This document shows, in pieces, positions 27,412 through 38,033 of a DNA stretch of 64,000 nt (the first letter of the stretch is position 1; each line of letters begins with the position of its first letter). A program made the translations under genes and the position numbers. This DNA comes from an uncultured delta proteobacterium. GTDB lineage: Bacteria > Myxococcota_A > Polyangia > Polyangiales > JAFGIB01. The stretch is taken from contig CAVZVA010000010.1 in assembly GCA_963778655.1 (NCBI GenBank), forward strand, positions 576,001-640,000, read 5' to 3'. The notes under the pieces were generated by a model, which made no database searches, was not told the DNA's origin, and worked only from the letters and a program-made list of their open reading frames with translations.

Positions 27412-28044
27412 ATGCGCCTGCCGCCTGCTTTGCCATGGCCCGTGCTCGTGCTCGCGCTGCTCGGTCCGGTCGCTTGCGGCGACGGCGGCGGCGGCGGCGG
27501 CGGGGCCTGCGACACGCCGGACGCGTGCGGCGGTGACGTGGTGGGCAGCTGGACGCTGCAGAGCCTGTGCTTCGCGAACGCAGAGGTGCTGTTCACCGCG
27601 GCGCTCGACGAGCCCATGTGCGAGGGCGCGATCGAGAGCAGCCAGGTGCATGCCTCGGGCACGTACGTCTACGGCAAGGACGGCAGCGCCAGCGCCGACG
27701 TCGTCTACAGCATCGAGTTCAGCACGCTGTGGAGCGCCGCGTGCCTGAACGCGCTGGACGGCCAGAACCGGACCTTGGACGCGGCGCGCTGCGCCGATCT
27801 GCAGCGGCAGTACGAGGCTCTGCCGGAGATCGACAAGGCTCCCTGCAGCCTGAAAGGCAGCGCCTGCGCTTGCTCGATCTTCACCGGCCAGAACCTGACC
27901 ACGACGCCGGGCTCGTACCAAGTGAAGGGCAACACCTTGCAGCAGGGTGACGACGACAGCCCCTACTGCGTGAGGGGTGACACGCTCACCATCCTGCGCA
28001 CCAGCGGCGGGCTCACCGGCACGCTGGTGCTCAAGCGCAAGTGA
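27412..28044 (+). CDS. Cys-rich lipoprotein
   Basis: PVAC lipobox; CGGDVVGSW. Confidence 0.75.
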   Translation: MRLPPALPWPVLVLALLGPVACGDGGGGGGGACDTPDACGGDVVGSWTLQSLCFANAEVLFTAALDEPMCEGAIESSQVHASGTYVYGKDGSASADVVYSIEFSTLWSAACLNALDGQNRTLDAARCADLQRQYEALPEIDKAPCSLKGSACACSIFTGQNLTTTPGSYQVKGNTLQQGDDDSPYCVRGDTLTILRTSGGLTGTLVLKRK

Positions 28045-28152
28045 GCAGTCGCGCCGCGGCGGCGCCCGGGCTCAGGCTCGGGTTTCGCCCTTTTCCGACG
28101 GCGCTCGCTTGTCCAGCGCGATCATCCGCCGCAAAAGGGCGCGTAGCCCGAG

Positions 28153-28836
28153 TCAGAAGTACACGCCGGCGTTGAGCGCGAGCTGCTCGAGCGTGTAGTC
28201 GGCGCTGGCGCTGGCAGAGATGCCGGCAATGGGAGTCTGGACTTTGATCGTGTGCGAGAAGTCGTGCAGCGTGTATCCGATCTCGGCCAGCAGCCCAACG
28301 CTCTTGGACAGGGCGAAGCGCGCGCCGAACAACAGCGCGAGGTTGAAGCCCACGCCCGTGCCTGCGCTCACGTTGACCCCCGCCGCGCTGGCGCTGGCGT
28401 TGTTCAGGAAGTCCAGCGTCAGCCCCACCGGCAGGCCCAGGAACAGCTCGACATCGGGCGTGACAGGAAAGCGGCCCTGCGGCACCAGCGACAAATCGAG
28501 CATCAGGTTGCGGCTGCCGCCGCCGCTGGTCTGCCACGAGTGAATGCCGAACAAGCCGCCGAGCACGAAGTAGCGGTGCAGTGGATGCATGTACTCGAAG
28601 CCCCCGCCGAAGGTGGGGTGCAGGTCCGTGCTGCCGCTGGCGTTGAACGTGGTGCCGCCCACGCTCACGTTGCCCGCGCTCGCGCTGCCCGCCAGCCCGA
28701 GCATGAGCTTGAGCGCGAAGTAGGGGTCGTCCTGATTGGACGCGTTCCCATTGTCCTGCTCCTGTGCGTGCGCCTGCCCGCACAACAGCGCCGCGAGCAC
28801 GACGACCAGCGCGATGGGGGTGAGCCGTCCTGACAT
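28153..28836 (-). CDS. Outer-membrane beta-barrel protein
   Basis: Signal peptide, amphipathic strands, terminal YF. Confidence 0.75.
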   Translation of the reverse strand: MSGRLTPIALVVVLAALLCGQAHAQEQDNGNASNQDDPYFALKLMLGLAGSASAGNVSVGGTTFNASGSTDLHPTFGGGFEYMHPLHRYFVLGGLFGIHSWQTSGGGSRNLMLDLSLVPQGRFPVTPDVELFLGLPVGLTLDFLNNASASAAGVNVSAGTGVGFNLALLFGARFALSKSVGLLAEIGYTLHDFSHTIKVQTPIAGISASASADYTLEQLALNAGVYF

Positions 28837-29051
28837 GCCCGCTCCTCCTGCCAACAGAAGCGGGCACCGTCCCACGGGGCGGCGACCGGCGTCAAAGCTT
28901 GTGTCACCGCCGCGCCCGGCCTGTGGCTCCGGACCGGCGCGCGGGCGCGCTGTGCAAAAACAGAACCCATGCCCCCCCAAGAATGGGGATTTGCGGGCGA
29001 AAGCTTGCCTATTAGGGTCGAGATTTGGGCGGTGGTGCGCCTCGGTGAGCC

Positions 29052-31670
29052 ATGGACCAGCAAACCCTGGAGTTACTTCGCGTTCTGCAGTCGGATGAGC
29101 GCGACGCCGGGGCGCTGCAACAGATCCAGAGCTTGCTTCCCCGCGCCCGGTTGGGCGCTGGCGACGACCGCGCGGCCCTGGCCGACATCAGCGAGCTGCT
29201 GGAGGTCTGGGCCGAGACCGCGCCACCCGAGCTGGCCGCTGCGGTGACGGTCGAGGCCGCCCAGATCGCCGACGAGGACCTCGAGCAAGCGGAGCGTGCG
29301 CTGCAGCTGTACATGCAGAGCCTGAGCCGCGCGCCGAGCGAGCTCGAGCCGCTGCGCAAGCTGGACGCGCTGCTGCTCAAGCGCGGCGAGCGCGAGCAGC
29401 TGGAGGCGATCCTGGTGGCGCACGCCGAAGCGCTGTGCGCAGTCAAGGACGTGGACCCGGCGCTCTGCGCCCGCGTGTATCAACACCTGGGCCAGGTGCG
29501 CGCCGAGCGTGGGATCGACCTCGATGCGGCGATCGAAGCCTACGAGCGCTCGCTTGATCTCGCGCCGGAGCCCGGCGTGATCGCCGAGCTGGCCGAGCTC
29601 TACGCGCGCCGCGGCAGCAACGGCGACGCGGCACAAGCTGCCGATCTGCTGTGCACGCTGGGCGATGTGCTGGGTGCGGAGCAGGGCGCGCCGATGTTGG
29701 AGCGCTCGCTCGACCTGGTGCCCGGCCACGAGGCGGCCCTCGAGCTGCTCGAGACCTACGTGCCGGCAGGCGAGCAGGCCACCCGGCTCTGGACGCGCTG
29801 GGCGGCGTATATCGACGCCACCGGCGACGAGGCCAGCGCGGACAAGCGCCGCATGCTGCTCGCGCACGCGTACGCCGAGCTCGGCCGCCCCCGCGACGCG
29901 CTGATCAGCCTGGGCCCTCTGATCGACAAGAGCGACCCCGAAGCGCTGCGACTGCAGGCCGCATACCTGGCCAGCCTGCAAGAGGGCAAGCAGCGCGAGT
30001 CGGCCGCGGCGCAGCCGGCCGCCAAACCGGGCAAGGGCAACGGCGCGGCGGTGCGCCCGCCCACGCTGGTCGGCTTCCGCGTGCCGGCACCCGGCAACCC
30101 CTCGAGCGCGGCGGGCCCCCGGAGCGAGCCGCCGGGCCCGATCGCCGCCGCAGCGGAGCCGGCAGAACAACCGAGCCCCGAGACCGGCGCGCCCGTGGAG
30201 CCGGCCGGGCCACAAGAGCCGGGCGCGGGCGCGCTGGCCGTGCCAGTGCAACAACGCGTCGCCGGCTCCACGCGCGCCAAGGCTGCCGGCGGTCTGGCGC
30301 GCAAGCGTCCGGCACGCAGCGGCGAGACCCTGGTCGGCTTCCGCATCCCGCTCGAGCTGGCCGGCGACGGGGCGGCCGCCAATGCCGCGGCTGCCCTGCA
30401 GACAGGCAAGGCTGCGCAGCCGTCGCGCAGCGCAAAGCCTCGGGACCCACGAGCCAGCGCAGCCTCGGGCGCGGCCGCGGGCGCGCGCCCGGCCGGCGCC
30501 GCGGCGCGCGCCACCGACAAGAAGCCCGCGAAGACGTTACCCGCAGCCGCCAAGACGCCCGCGGGCCAAGCCCGCGCCGCGCAGCCGGCAGCGGCCATGA
30601 GCCCGCCGGCGCAGAGCCCGGTGCCGCAGGCGCCGCCCGCCACGCTCAGCGGCGCGGCAGCCAAGGCCGCGGCGCTCAAGGCGCGCCGCTCGGCGGCACC
30701 ACCCGCCGCCGGCCGCAGCAGCGCGCCTTCGGCGCCGCCCGCGCTGGGCGCCGCGGCCGCGCGCGCGTCCAGGCCCTCGGGGCAACCAGCCATCGCGCGC
30801 GGCCGTGCGCCTTCGGCGCCGCCCGCGCTCGCGCGCGCCTCCGCAGCGCCGGCGCTGGTGCAAGCCGGGGACGCGCCGCCCTTTGTCGCCAGCGCCGCGC
30901 CGCCGCCGTTTCCAAGCGCGCGCGCGTCGGCTGCAGCCCAGGCAGCGCTGCCGGCCGAGGTGGCACCCGCGGCAGCCGAGGCCGCCTCCATGCCCGGCGG
31001 CAACGCTGTCGCCGCGGCCGAGCTCGAAGCGCCGCTACCCGGCGCGCTCTCCTCGCTGCGCGCGCGCTTCCCGCTGCTGCGCGGCAAGGGCGGGCTGATC
31101 GCGGCCGGCGCCGGCCTGGCGCTGCTCGGGCTGATCGCCGCGTTCGCGCTCGGCGGTCGCAAGCGACCTCCGCCGCCTGTGCTGCGCCGTCACGACGCGG
31201 TAGCCGCCGAGCCGACTGCCGCCAAGCCCGAAGCACCGGCGCCCAAGCCGGTGGCGGCGGCGCCCGCGCCCAAGCCGGTGGAGCCGCCTGCGGTCAAGCA
31301 CGAAGCACCCGCGCCCAAGAAAGCCTCGCGCGCCGAGCCGGAGGTCAAGATCACTGCCGGTCGCCCGCACGTGAAGGGCGGTGGGCTGAGCGCGCAGCAG
31401 ATCTCGCTGGTGCTCGAGGACACCCTGCCGGCGATCGAGCACTGCTACCGCAGCGCGCTCGCGCATCAGTCGCACTTGCACGGGCGGGTGGTCTTCGGCT
31501 GGACCATCACCCGCCACGGCGCCACCACCCACGTGCGCAAGCTCCACGCCACGCTCAAGGACCGCAAGCTGCAGCGCTGCGCGATCGAGGCGATCGACAA
31601 GGCCCACTTCCCCCGGCCCAAGAAGAAGACCTCCGAAGTCACCTGGCCGGTCGAGTTCCACAAAGGTTGA
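29052..31670 (+). CDS. TPR / Pro-Ala linker / TM / AgmX-PglI (TonB-C-like) protein
   Basis: TPR-like N-terminus; C-terminal CY...GRVVFGWTI...C...FP. Confidence 0.75.
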   Translation: MDQQTLELLRVLQSDERDAGALQQIQSLLPRARLGAGDDRAALADISELLEVWAETAPPELAAAVTVEAAQIADEDLEQAERALQLYMQSLSRAPSELEPLRKLDALLLKRGEREQLEAILVAHAEALCAVKDVDPALCARVYQHLGQVRAERGIDLDAAIEAYERSLDLAPEPGVIAELAELYARRGSNGDAAQAADLLCTLGDVLGAEQGAPMLERSLDLVPGHEAALELLETYVPAGEQATRLWTRWAAYIDATGDEASADKRRMLLAHAYAELGRPRDALISLGPLIDKSDPEALRLQAAYLASLQEGKQRESAAAQPAAKPGKGNGAAVRPPTLVGFRVPAPGNPSSAAGPRSEPPGPIAAAAEPAEQPSPETGAPVEPAGPQEPGAGALAVPVQQRVAGSTRAKAAGGLARKRPARSGETLVGFRIPLELAGDGAAANAAAALQTGKAAQPSRSAKPRDPRASAASGAAAGARPAGAAARATDKKPAKTLPAAAKTPAGQARAAQPAAAMSPPAQSPVPQAPPATLSGAAAKAAALKARRSAAPPAAGRSSAPSAPPALGAAAARASRPSGQPAIARGRAPSAPPALARASAAPALVQAGDAPPFVASAAPPPFPSARASAAAQAALPAEVAPAAAEAASMPGGNAVAAAELEAPLPGALSSLRARFPLLRGKGGLIAAGAGLALLGLIAAFALGGRKRPPPPVLRRHDAVAAEPTAAKPEAPAPKPVAAAPAPKPVEPPAVKHEAPAPKKASRAEPEVKITAGRPHVKGGGLSAQQISLVLEDTLPAIEHCYRSALAHQSHLHGRVVFGWTITRHGATTHVRKLHATLKDRKLQRCAIEAIDKAHFPRPKKKTSEVTWPVEFHKG

Positions 31671-31734
31671 GCGGGAAGCCGGACGCGAGCGCTCCCCTTG
31701 TCGGCCTGCGCCCGCGGCTCTACGCTCGCCCGCC

Positions 31735-32586
31735 GTGACGCAAGCTACGAGCGGAGCGCTGGCCGGCCGGGTCGCGCTGGTGACGGGCGCCAACACCGGC
31801 ATCGGCCTGGTGACGGCGCGCGAGCTGGCAGCGCGGGGCGCTGAGGTCATGATCGCCTGCCGCTCGGCCGAGCGCGCACAGGCCGCCAGGGCCGAGATCG
31901 CGCGCAGCGTGCCGGGCGCCCGGATCGAGCTACTCGCGCTCGACCTCTCCGACTTCGACTCGGTGCGCGCCTGCGCGCAAGGCGTGCTTGCCGGCGGCAA
32001 GCCGCTGCACCTGCTGATCAACAACGCAGGCATCGCCGGCGCCCGCGGCCTGACCGCGTCGGGCTTCGAGCTCGCGTTCGGCATCAACCACATGGGGCAC
32101 TTCCTGCTCACGCAGCTGCTGCTGGAGCGCATCGTGCAGAGCGCGCCCGCGCGCATCGTCACGGTCGCCAGCCGCGGGCACTACCGCGCGGGCGGCATCG
32201 ACTGGCAAGCCGTGCGCAAGCGCACCGCGACCGCAACCGGGCTACACGAGTACAACGTGTCCAAGCTCGCCAACGTGCTGTTCTCCGCGGAGCTTTCGCG
32301 CCGGCTTTCGGGCAGCGGCGTGACCACGTACGCGCTGCACCCGGGCGTGGTGGCTTCCGACGTGTGGCGCTCGGTGCCTTGGCCGGCGCGCGCGCTGATC
32401 AAGCTGTTCATGCTCAGCAACGAGCAGGGCGCACGGACGTCACTGTACTGCGCGACCGCGAGCGAGGTCGCGCAGCAGAGCGGACAGTATTACGACAGCT
32501 GCGCGCCGCGCCGGCCGAGCCGCCTCGCGCAGGACGAAGCGCTCGCCGCCGAGCTGTGGGCGCGCAGCGAAGGCTGGCTGCGCTGA
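31735..32586 (+). CDS. SDR oxidoreductase (retinol dehydrogenase-like)
   Basis: TGANTGIG, NNAG, YNVSK. Confidence 0.93.
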   Translation: MTQATSGALAGRVALVTGANTGIGLVTARELAARGAEVMIACRSAERAQAARAEIARSVPGARIELLALDLSDFDSVRACAQGVLAGGKPLHLLINNAGIAGARGLTASGFELAFGINHMGHFLLTQLLLERIVQSAPARIVTVASRGHYRAGGIDWQAVRKRTATATGLHEYNVSKLANVLFSAELSRRLSGSGVTTYALHPGVVASDVWRSVPWPARALIKLFMLSNEQGARTSLYCATASEVAQQSGQYYDSCAPRRPSRLAQDEALAAELWARSEGWLR

Positions 32587-32622
32587 GCGCACGCTCCGCC
32601 GCAACGCCTCGCCGCCTCCTGC

Positions 32623-33831
32623 TCAGCCGCCGGGGCTGAAGATCGGCGGGATGACCGGGATGGCGTCGTCGGCCAGCGCGGGCATGCGCTGCTTGCGCGC
32701 GAGCGCGGCCTCGATGAACGGCGCCAGCTGCGCCTGCTTGCGCGCCTCGCGCTCGGGCTCGCGCGCCTGAAACGCGGGCATCACCTCGGCGGCGAACTTG
32801 CGCAGCGATTCGCAGATGTCCTGGTGCCGGTTGTTGCCGGCCTGCTGCAGGAAGATCACCTGATCGACGCCCGCCGCTTCGAACTGCTCGAGGTCTCGGG
32901 TGACCTGCGCCGGGGTGCCGATGCCGGCGGCGCCGCGCAGCGCGGGCGAGGAGAGCTGCTGGGCCGCGCGCTGGCGCTGGAAGTCCTGCCACAGCGTGGT
33001 GCGGCCCGGCGTGCTCGGCCGCAGCACCAGGCTCTGCAACGCGTAGCCGAAGAACTGGAAGCCCTCGAGGCCCCGCCGCACCGCCTCGTCGGCGTCGTCG
33101 TGCACCGAAAAGCCCGACACCATCGCGATGTTGGCGTTGACGCTGTGGCCGAGCGGGACGCACGCGTCGCTCTTGATGATGCCGTAGTAGGTCTGCGCCC
33201 AACCGCGCGCTTCTTCCGGGTCGACGAAGGAGAACGCCAGCGCGCCCAAGCCGAGCTGCGCGGCGAGCTTGATCGTGTCGCGGTTGGTGCAGGCGATCCA
33301 CATCGGCGGGTGCGGCTTCTGCAGCGGCTTGGGGATCACGTTGCGACAAGCCATGCGGAAGCCCGCGCCCTCGAAGCCCGGGTAGGGCGTCATCACCATC
33401 ATGTTCGCGATCTGCTCGGCGGCCTCGAGGCAGAGCGCGCGCTTCTGTTTGGGCGGGATGTTGAAGCCGTGGATCTCGTGGCGTGTCGCGCCCTCGCCGA
33501 TGCCGAATTCGACGCGACCATCGGACAGCAGGTCGAGCGTCGCCAGCGCCTCGGCCACCCGCGCCGGGTGGTTGTAGTTGGGGATCACCTGGCGGATGCC
33601 GTGCCCGAGCCGGATACGCCGGGTGCGCGCGGCGGCGGCGGCCAGGAACACCTCGGGCGCCGAGGAGTGCGAGTACTCCTCGAGGAAGTGGTGCTCCACC
33701 TCCCAGGCGAAGTCGATGCCGAGCTGGTCGGCCAGCACCACCTGCTCCAGCGCCTCGTGCAACAGGCGATGCTCCTGGCCTTCGCTCCACGGCCGCGGCA
33801 GCTGATGCTCGTAGAACACACCGAATTTCAT
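32623..33831 (-). CDS. LLM-class flavin-dependent oxidoreductase
   Basis: VEHHFLEEYSHSSAPE, PKPLQKPHPPMW. Confidence 0.92.
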   Translation of the reverse strand: MKFGVFYEHQLPRPWSEGQEHRLLHEALEQVVLADQLGIDFAWEVEHHFLEEYSHSSAPEVFLAAAAARTRRIRLGHGIRQVIPNYNHPARVAEALATLDLLSDGRVEFGIGEGATRHEIHGFNIPPKQKRALCLEAAEQIANMMVMTPYPGFEGAGFRMACRNVIPKPLQKPHPPMWIACTNRDTIKLAAQLGLGALAFSFVDPEEARGWAQTYYGIIKSDACVPLGHSVNANIAMVSGFSVHDDADEAVRRGLEGFQFFGYALQSLVLRPSTPGRTTLWQDFQRQRAAQQLSSPALRGAAGIGTPAQVTRDLEQFEAAGVDQVIFLQQAGNNRHQDICESLRKFAAEVMPAFQAREPEREARKQAQLAPFIEAALARKQRMPALADDAIPVIPPIFSPGG

Positions 33832-33915
33832 GACCTCGACCTCGGATCGCGGGCCGGCGCCCCGGCAGCCTTCCGGCACCATAGCGCAGATCAGCTGCGG
33901 TCGCCGAGGCGCGGG

Positions 33916-35013
33916 CTACTGCAGCGGCTCGGAGTCGCCTGTCGTGCTGCTGCCGGAGAAGCACTCCTCGGTGGCCGGATCGATGCGCGGCCAGTACATG
34001 CCGTGCAGGATGCACATCTCGTTGGTGGATGCGCTCTGGCCCGCCACCACGGTCTGATCGCTCTCGTTCACGTAGGTACACGAGTAGGTCAAGCTCGAGC
34101 CTGCGTGCAGCGTGACCGGGGGATCGAAGGGGAACTGCCGCGCGGGCGGCTCGTCCCACTGCGTGGTGGTGTACAGCGCGGGCTCGGCGTCCTGCGTGGC
34201 CGGATCGTCGCTGCTGGCGACGAAATCGACCCCACGCCAGTGCATGTGGGACCAGAGCAGCGCGAGGTGAATGTCGCTGGTGATGGGGCAGGTACGCGTG
34301 ACGGTCACGCGCGACGAGGGCGGAATCGAGATCAGCGGGTTGTAGAAGAAGATCGAGCCTGCTTCCTGCTGGACGTCGGCCGCGTCCATGGTGTGCAGGG
34401 TGAAGCTGACATGACAGTCGAGGTCATCCTCGGTGGTGTTCAAGTAGTGCGACGTCAGCAGCAGCACTTCTCCCGGCTGAAACAAGTGCGCGATTCCAGG
34501 CGGCAGGTCGCGACGGGAGTCGGGGGCCTGCACTTCGTAGAAGGTGCCGTCGAAGTGGATGGCCTCCTCGGCGGGGGTGCACTCGTGCGGCACGTCTTCG
34601 CCCTGGTTCAGGGCTTGGCGGCCGGTGCGGTAGACCAGGAAGTGATGGCTGCCGGGCGTGAAATGCGACTCCGCGCTGTGGACCGCGATCACGCCGCGAT
34701 CGCTGGGCAGCTGCACCGAGAGGCAGTTCTGCAGCTCCTGGCCGGCGTCGACATGCCCGCTCAGCTCGAAGGTGATGTCGGCCGGCGGGGCGCCCGCGGT
34801 CGCGCTGCCGTCCGGAGCAGCAGCCGGAGCCGGCGCTGCACCGGCGGTGCCGGAAAGACCGGGTGCGCCGGAGGCGGTGTGCCGCCCATCGGCGACAGCC
34901 CCGCCGGGCGTCCCGCTGCTCGCGTCGTCGGGTACGTCGTGGGCCGCTGCGCAGGCCTGGATCAGCGAAAAACCCAGGGCAGCGGCCCGGATCCTGGCGT
35001 TACCCCTCATCAT
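33916..35013 (-). CDS. Copper type II monooxygenase-like lipoprotein
   Basis: SHHF, SHY, SHMH, NEMC. Confidence 0.75.
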   Translation of the reverse strand: MMRGNARIRAAALGFSLIQACAAAHDVPDDASSGTPGGAVADGRHTASGAPGLSGTAGAAPAPAAAPDGSATAGAPPADITFELSGHVDAGQELQNCLSVQLPSDRGVIAVHSAESHFTPGSHHFLVYRTGRQALNQGEDVPHECTPAEEAIHFDGTFYEVQAPDSRRDLPPGIAHLFQPGEVLLLTSHYLNTTEDDLDCHVSFTLHTMDAADVQQEAGSIFFYNPLISIPPSSRVTVTRTCPITSDIHLALLWSHMHWRGVDFVASSDDPATQDAEPALYTTTQWDEPPARQFPFDPPVTLHAGSSLTYSCTYVNESDQTVVAGQSASTNEMCILHGMYWPRIDPATEECFSGSSTTGDSEPLQ

Positions 35014-35201
35014 GATCTCCCCCCAATGACGTGGCCGAAAGGTCTAAGGTGTGTGCGCAACATCCTGCGCGGTGGGAAGATACCGACTCGGGGGCCCGGC
35101 TTCAAGACGTTTGGGGGCCAGCGGACAGCGGGCCCGGCCAACGGCCCTCGAGCGCGTGATGAGCCCTCGGAACCCTTCGGCCGGCGCACTACCATCTTCA
35201 A

Positions 35202-35897
35202 GTGCCCGCGTACCGGCCGAAATCTGGAGCGCCGCCCGCCGCTGCGACCCTCGGCCTGCTGTGCGGGCTGCTGCTGTGCGCCGGCTGCGACGCGGCAGCG
35301 CCCTTTGCCCCGCAAGCCACCAGCTGTTCCACGGACGCGACGCGTTGCGGGGGCGCCAGCGACTGTTTCGCGACCTGCATGTGCGAGCGCGCGGACCCGA
35401 GCGCGTGCGACGACCAGTGCGGCGCGCCCGCCGCGCCACGCGTGACCGACCTCGACGAAAGCAGCTGGCAGCCGGACTGGGCCGCATTCGAGGACCAGGT
35501 GCTGGCGCTCACCAACCGCGCGCGCGCGCAGGCCGGCTGCTGCGGCAGCGACGGCTGCTTCGAGCCCGCGGGCGCGCTGGCGCTCGATCCCGACCTGCGC
35601 CGCGCGGCCCGCGCGCACGCGCTGGACATGGCCACGCGCGACTACTTCGCGCATGACACGCCCGAAGGCCTGTCGCCTTTCGATCGCATGCGTGAGGCCG
35701 GCTTTCACGGCTGCGCCATGGGCGAGAACATCGCCGCGGGTCAGCCCAGCCCAGAGAGCGTAGTCGACGGCTGGCTGCAGAGCCCGGGCCACTGCGCGAA
35801 CATTCGCGACCCGAGCTACACCCAGCTGGGCGTCGGCTACCACCCGAGCAGCGGCGACGCGCTGGGGCACTTCTGGGTGCAGAGCTTCGGCGGCTGA
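35202..35897 (+). CDS. CAP/SCP-domain lipoprotein
   Basis: GENIAAG, WLQSPGHCANI. Confidence 0.9.
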   Translation: MPAYRPKSGAPPAAATLGLLCGLLLCAGCDAAAPFAPQATSCSTDATRCGGASDCFATCMCERADPSACDDQCGAPAAPRVTDLDESSWQPDWAAFEDQVLALTNRARAQAGCCGSDGCFEPAGALALDPDLRRAARAHALDMATRDYFAHDTPEGLSPFDRMREAGFHGCAMGENIAAGQPSPESVVDGWLQSPGHCANIRDPSYTQLGVGYHPSSGDALGHFWVQSFGG

Positions 35898-35925
35898 AGC
35901 ACGCACGCAGGCGCGCCGCGCCGGT

Positions 35926-35941
35926 TGGCATGCATTCTGCT
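35926..35941 (+). promoter_or_regulatory. sigma54 -24/-12 promoter
   Basis: TGGCATGCATTCTGCT (GG-N10-GC). Confidence 0.55.
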
Positions 35942-35966
35942 GCATCCCTGCCGAGAGGGGTGTCGC

Positions 35967-37961
35967 ATGTGCCAGGTTGTGCCGATCGGCTTGGAGCTCG
36001 GGAAATCTTCGCGCAGCTGGCGCACGCGCGCGGCCACGCTGCTCGGCCTCGCGCTGCTGAGCGTGGTCGCTCTACCGCGCGCGGTGCGCGCGTGCGGAGG
36101 ACTGTTCTGCTCGGGAGGAGGCGGCTCGAGCACCACCACCACGCAAGGCGGCATCGTCAATCAGACCGCCGAGCGCATCGCCTTCATCGAGAACGACGAC
36201 GCCACCATCAGTGCCGTGATCCAGATTCTGTACGAGGGCCCGAGTGAGAAGTTTGCGTGGATCATCCCGGTCAGTGGGGTGCCCGATGTCGCTGTCTCCT
36301 CGGGTGTGGTGCTCGACGCGCTGCAGAAGCAAACCAATCCGAGCTACCAGATCAACATCACGCGCAACTGCCCGCAGAGCTTTCCCAGCGGGGGCGACTC
36401 GTTCGGCGGCGATTGCGGCTGCGGCTGCACGGCAGCGGCGCCGAGCGGCGCCAGCCAGGAGCCGGGCTCCTGGCAGTTGCAGGCGGGCGGGCCGGTGGTC
36501 ACGGTCGAGGCGGCGGGCGCAATCGGGCCTTACGACTACACCGTGATCGCGGTGCAGCCGTTCGCGTTCGACCCGGCGCAGGTCGCGCTGCAGTGGCTGA
36601 CCGACAACGGCTTCGACGCGGGCACGACCGCGGCCGATGCGCTGCGGCCGTACTTGCAGAGCGGTCAGAACCTGCTGGCGTTCCGGCTGCACAAGGACGC
36701 CGAGGTGGGCTCGATCCGGCCGGTGATGATCACCTACGCCGGCGACACCCCGTCGATTCCGATCGGCCCGACCGCGGTGGCCGCCGACGACGACATGGGC
36801 GTGATGGTGTGGATCGCGGCCAAGGCGCGCGCGGTGCCGCTCAACTACAAGACGGTGGTGCTCGACGAGGCGCGCATCAACTGGTTGAGCCCCGGCCAGA
36901 GCTACGACGCCGTGGTCGGAGCCGCGGCCGACGAGGCCGGCGGCCAGGCCTTCGTGACCGAAAGCGCGGGCCCGTTTTCGATGCTGTCGAGCGATCCCGC
37001 CTTCGCCACGCTCAAGAGCGACTTCGCGAGCTACACGCAGAGCGCGTACACCGACTGGCTGCCGGCGCTGCGCGACGCCTGGCGCTGGCAGCGCTGGGAC
37101 GGCTTCGACGATGCGCTCGCTGCCGCGGCCACGCTGCCCGCGGAGCTGAGCTTCGCGAGCTTCCGCGCGTGTCTGGATCCGGCGGCCTCGCAGAGCGCTG
37201 CGGCCGCGGCGGACGGCGCGTTGCAGGACTGCTTGCAGCAAGCTGCCGCGGGCGGCGCGAGCGGCGTCAGCGTGGATGTGGCGATGTTCCGGCAGAAGCT
37301 CGACGAGCTGGTCATCTCGCCGGTGGTCGGCACGCTCGACAAGCTCGACCTGCAACCCTATCTGACCCGGCTCTACACCAAGCTCAGCCCCGAGGAGATG
37401 ACGGTCGACCCGGCGTTCGTGCTCAATCCTGACGCCGAGCCGGTGAGCAGCCTGCACGTCGCGCAGGGCACGGTGCCGTGCTCGGGCACGCTCGCGACCG
37501 TGCCGCTACCGCAGGGCGCCAGCGTGGGCGTGGAGACCAACGGCGTGACCTGGCCGGTGGCGGCAGACGCGGCGCCGGCCGCGCTGCAGATCCTGCAGTA
37601 CGGCAGCAGCGGGCCGCCGCTGGTGCTCGACGATCAAAGCGCGAGCCTGATGGGCGCCAAGTTCGGGCTGGCGGCGTGCGGGCCGTACGGCAGCGGCGGA
37701 ACGGGCGGCGGCGGCTACGTGGTCACGCCGGCCGGCTCGGGCTCGGGTAACGGCGGGGGCTCGGCGCAAGCCGGTGGCGCCGCGGGCAGCGGCGCCCGAG
37801 ACGAGCGCACCAGCGTGGGCGGGGACGCCGGCGCCACCCGCGGCGGCTGCAGCGCGCTCGCCGCGGGCGCAGCGGGGTCGGGCTGGCTCCTGCCCTTTGC
37901 GCTGTGCGGGCTCGGGCTGTGGCGCAGGCGCCGCCAGCGGCCTCACCGCCGCCGCGCGTAG
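35967..37961 (+). CDS. DUF2330-family protein with MYXO-CTERM tail
   Basis: CGGLFC, QTAERI, YLTRLYT...EEMTVDP; GGCS-TM-RRRR. Confidence 0.85.
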   Translation: MCQVVPIGLELGKSSRSWRTRAATLLGLALLSVVALPRAVRACGGLFCSGGGGSSTTTTQGGIVNQTAERIAFIENDDATISAVIQILYEGPSEKFAWIIPVSGVPDVAVSSGVVLDALQKQTNPSYQINITRNCPQSFPSGGDSFGGDCGCGCTAAAPSGASQEPGSWQLQAGGPVVTVEAAGAIGPYDYTVIAVQPFAFDPAQVALQWLTDNGFDAGTTAADALRPYLQSGQNLLAFRLHKDAEVGSIRPVMITYAGDTPSIPIGPTAVAADDDMGVMVWIAAKARAVPLNYKTVVLDEARINWLSPGQSYDAVVGAAADEAGGQAFVTESAGPFSMLSSDPAFATLKSDFASYTQSAYTDWLPALRDAWRWQRWDGFDDALAAAATLPAELSFASFRACLDPAASQSAAAAADGALQDCLQQAAAGGASGVSVDVAMFRQKLDELVISPVVGTLDKLDLQPYLTRLYTKLSPEEMTVDPAFVLNPDAEPVSSLHVAQGTVPCSGTLATVPLPQGASVGVETNGVTWPVAADAAPAALQILQYGSSGPPLVLDDQSASLMGAKFGLAACGPYGSGGTGGGGYVVTPAGSGSGNGGGSAQAGGAAGSGARDERTSVGGDAGATRGGCSALAAGAAGSGWLLPFALCGLGLWRRRRQRPHRRRA

Positions 37962-38033
37962 CCGGGAGCCCGCGCGCGTACAGCCGGGCGTTTCGCAGGA
38001 CGGGCCCGCGCCCGCGTATGCTATGGGCTGAGC

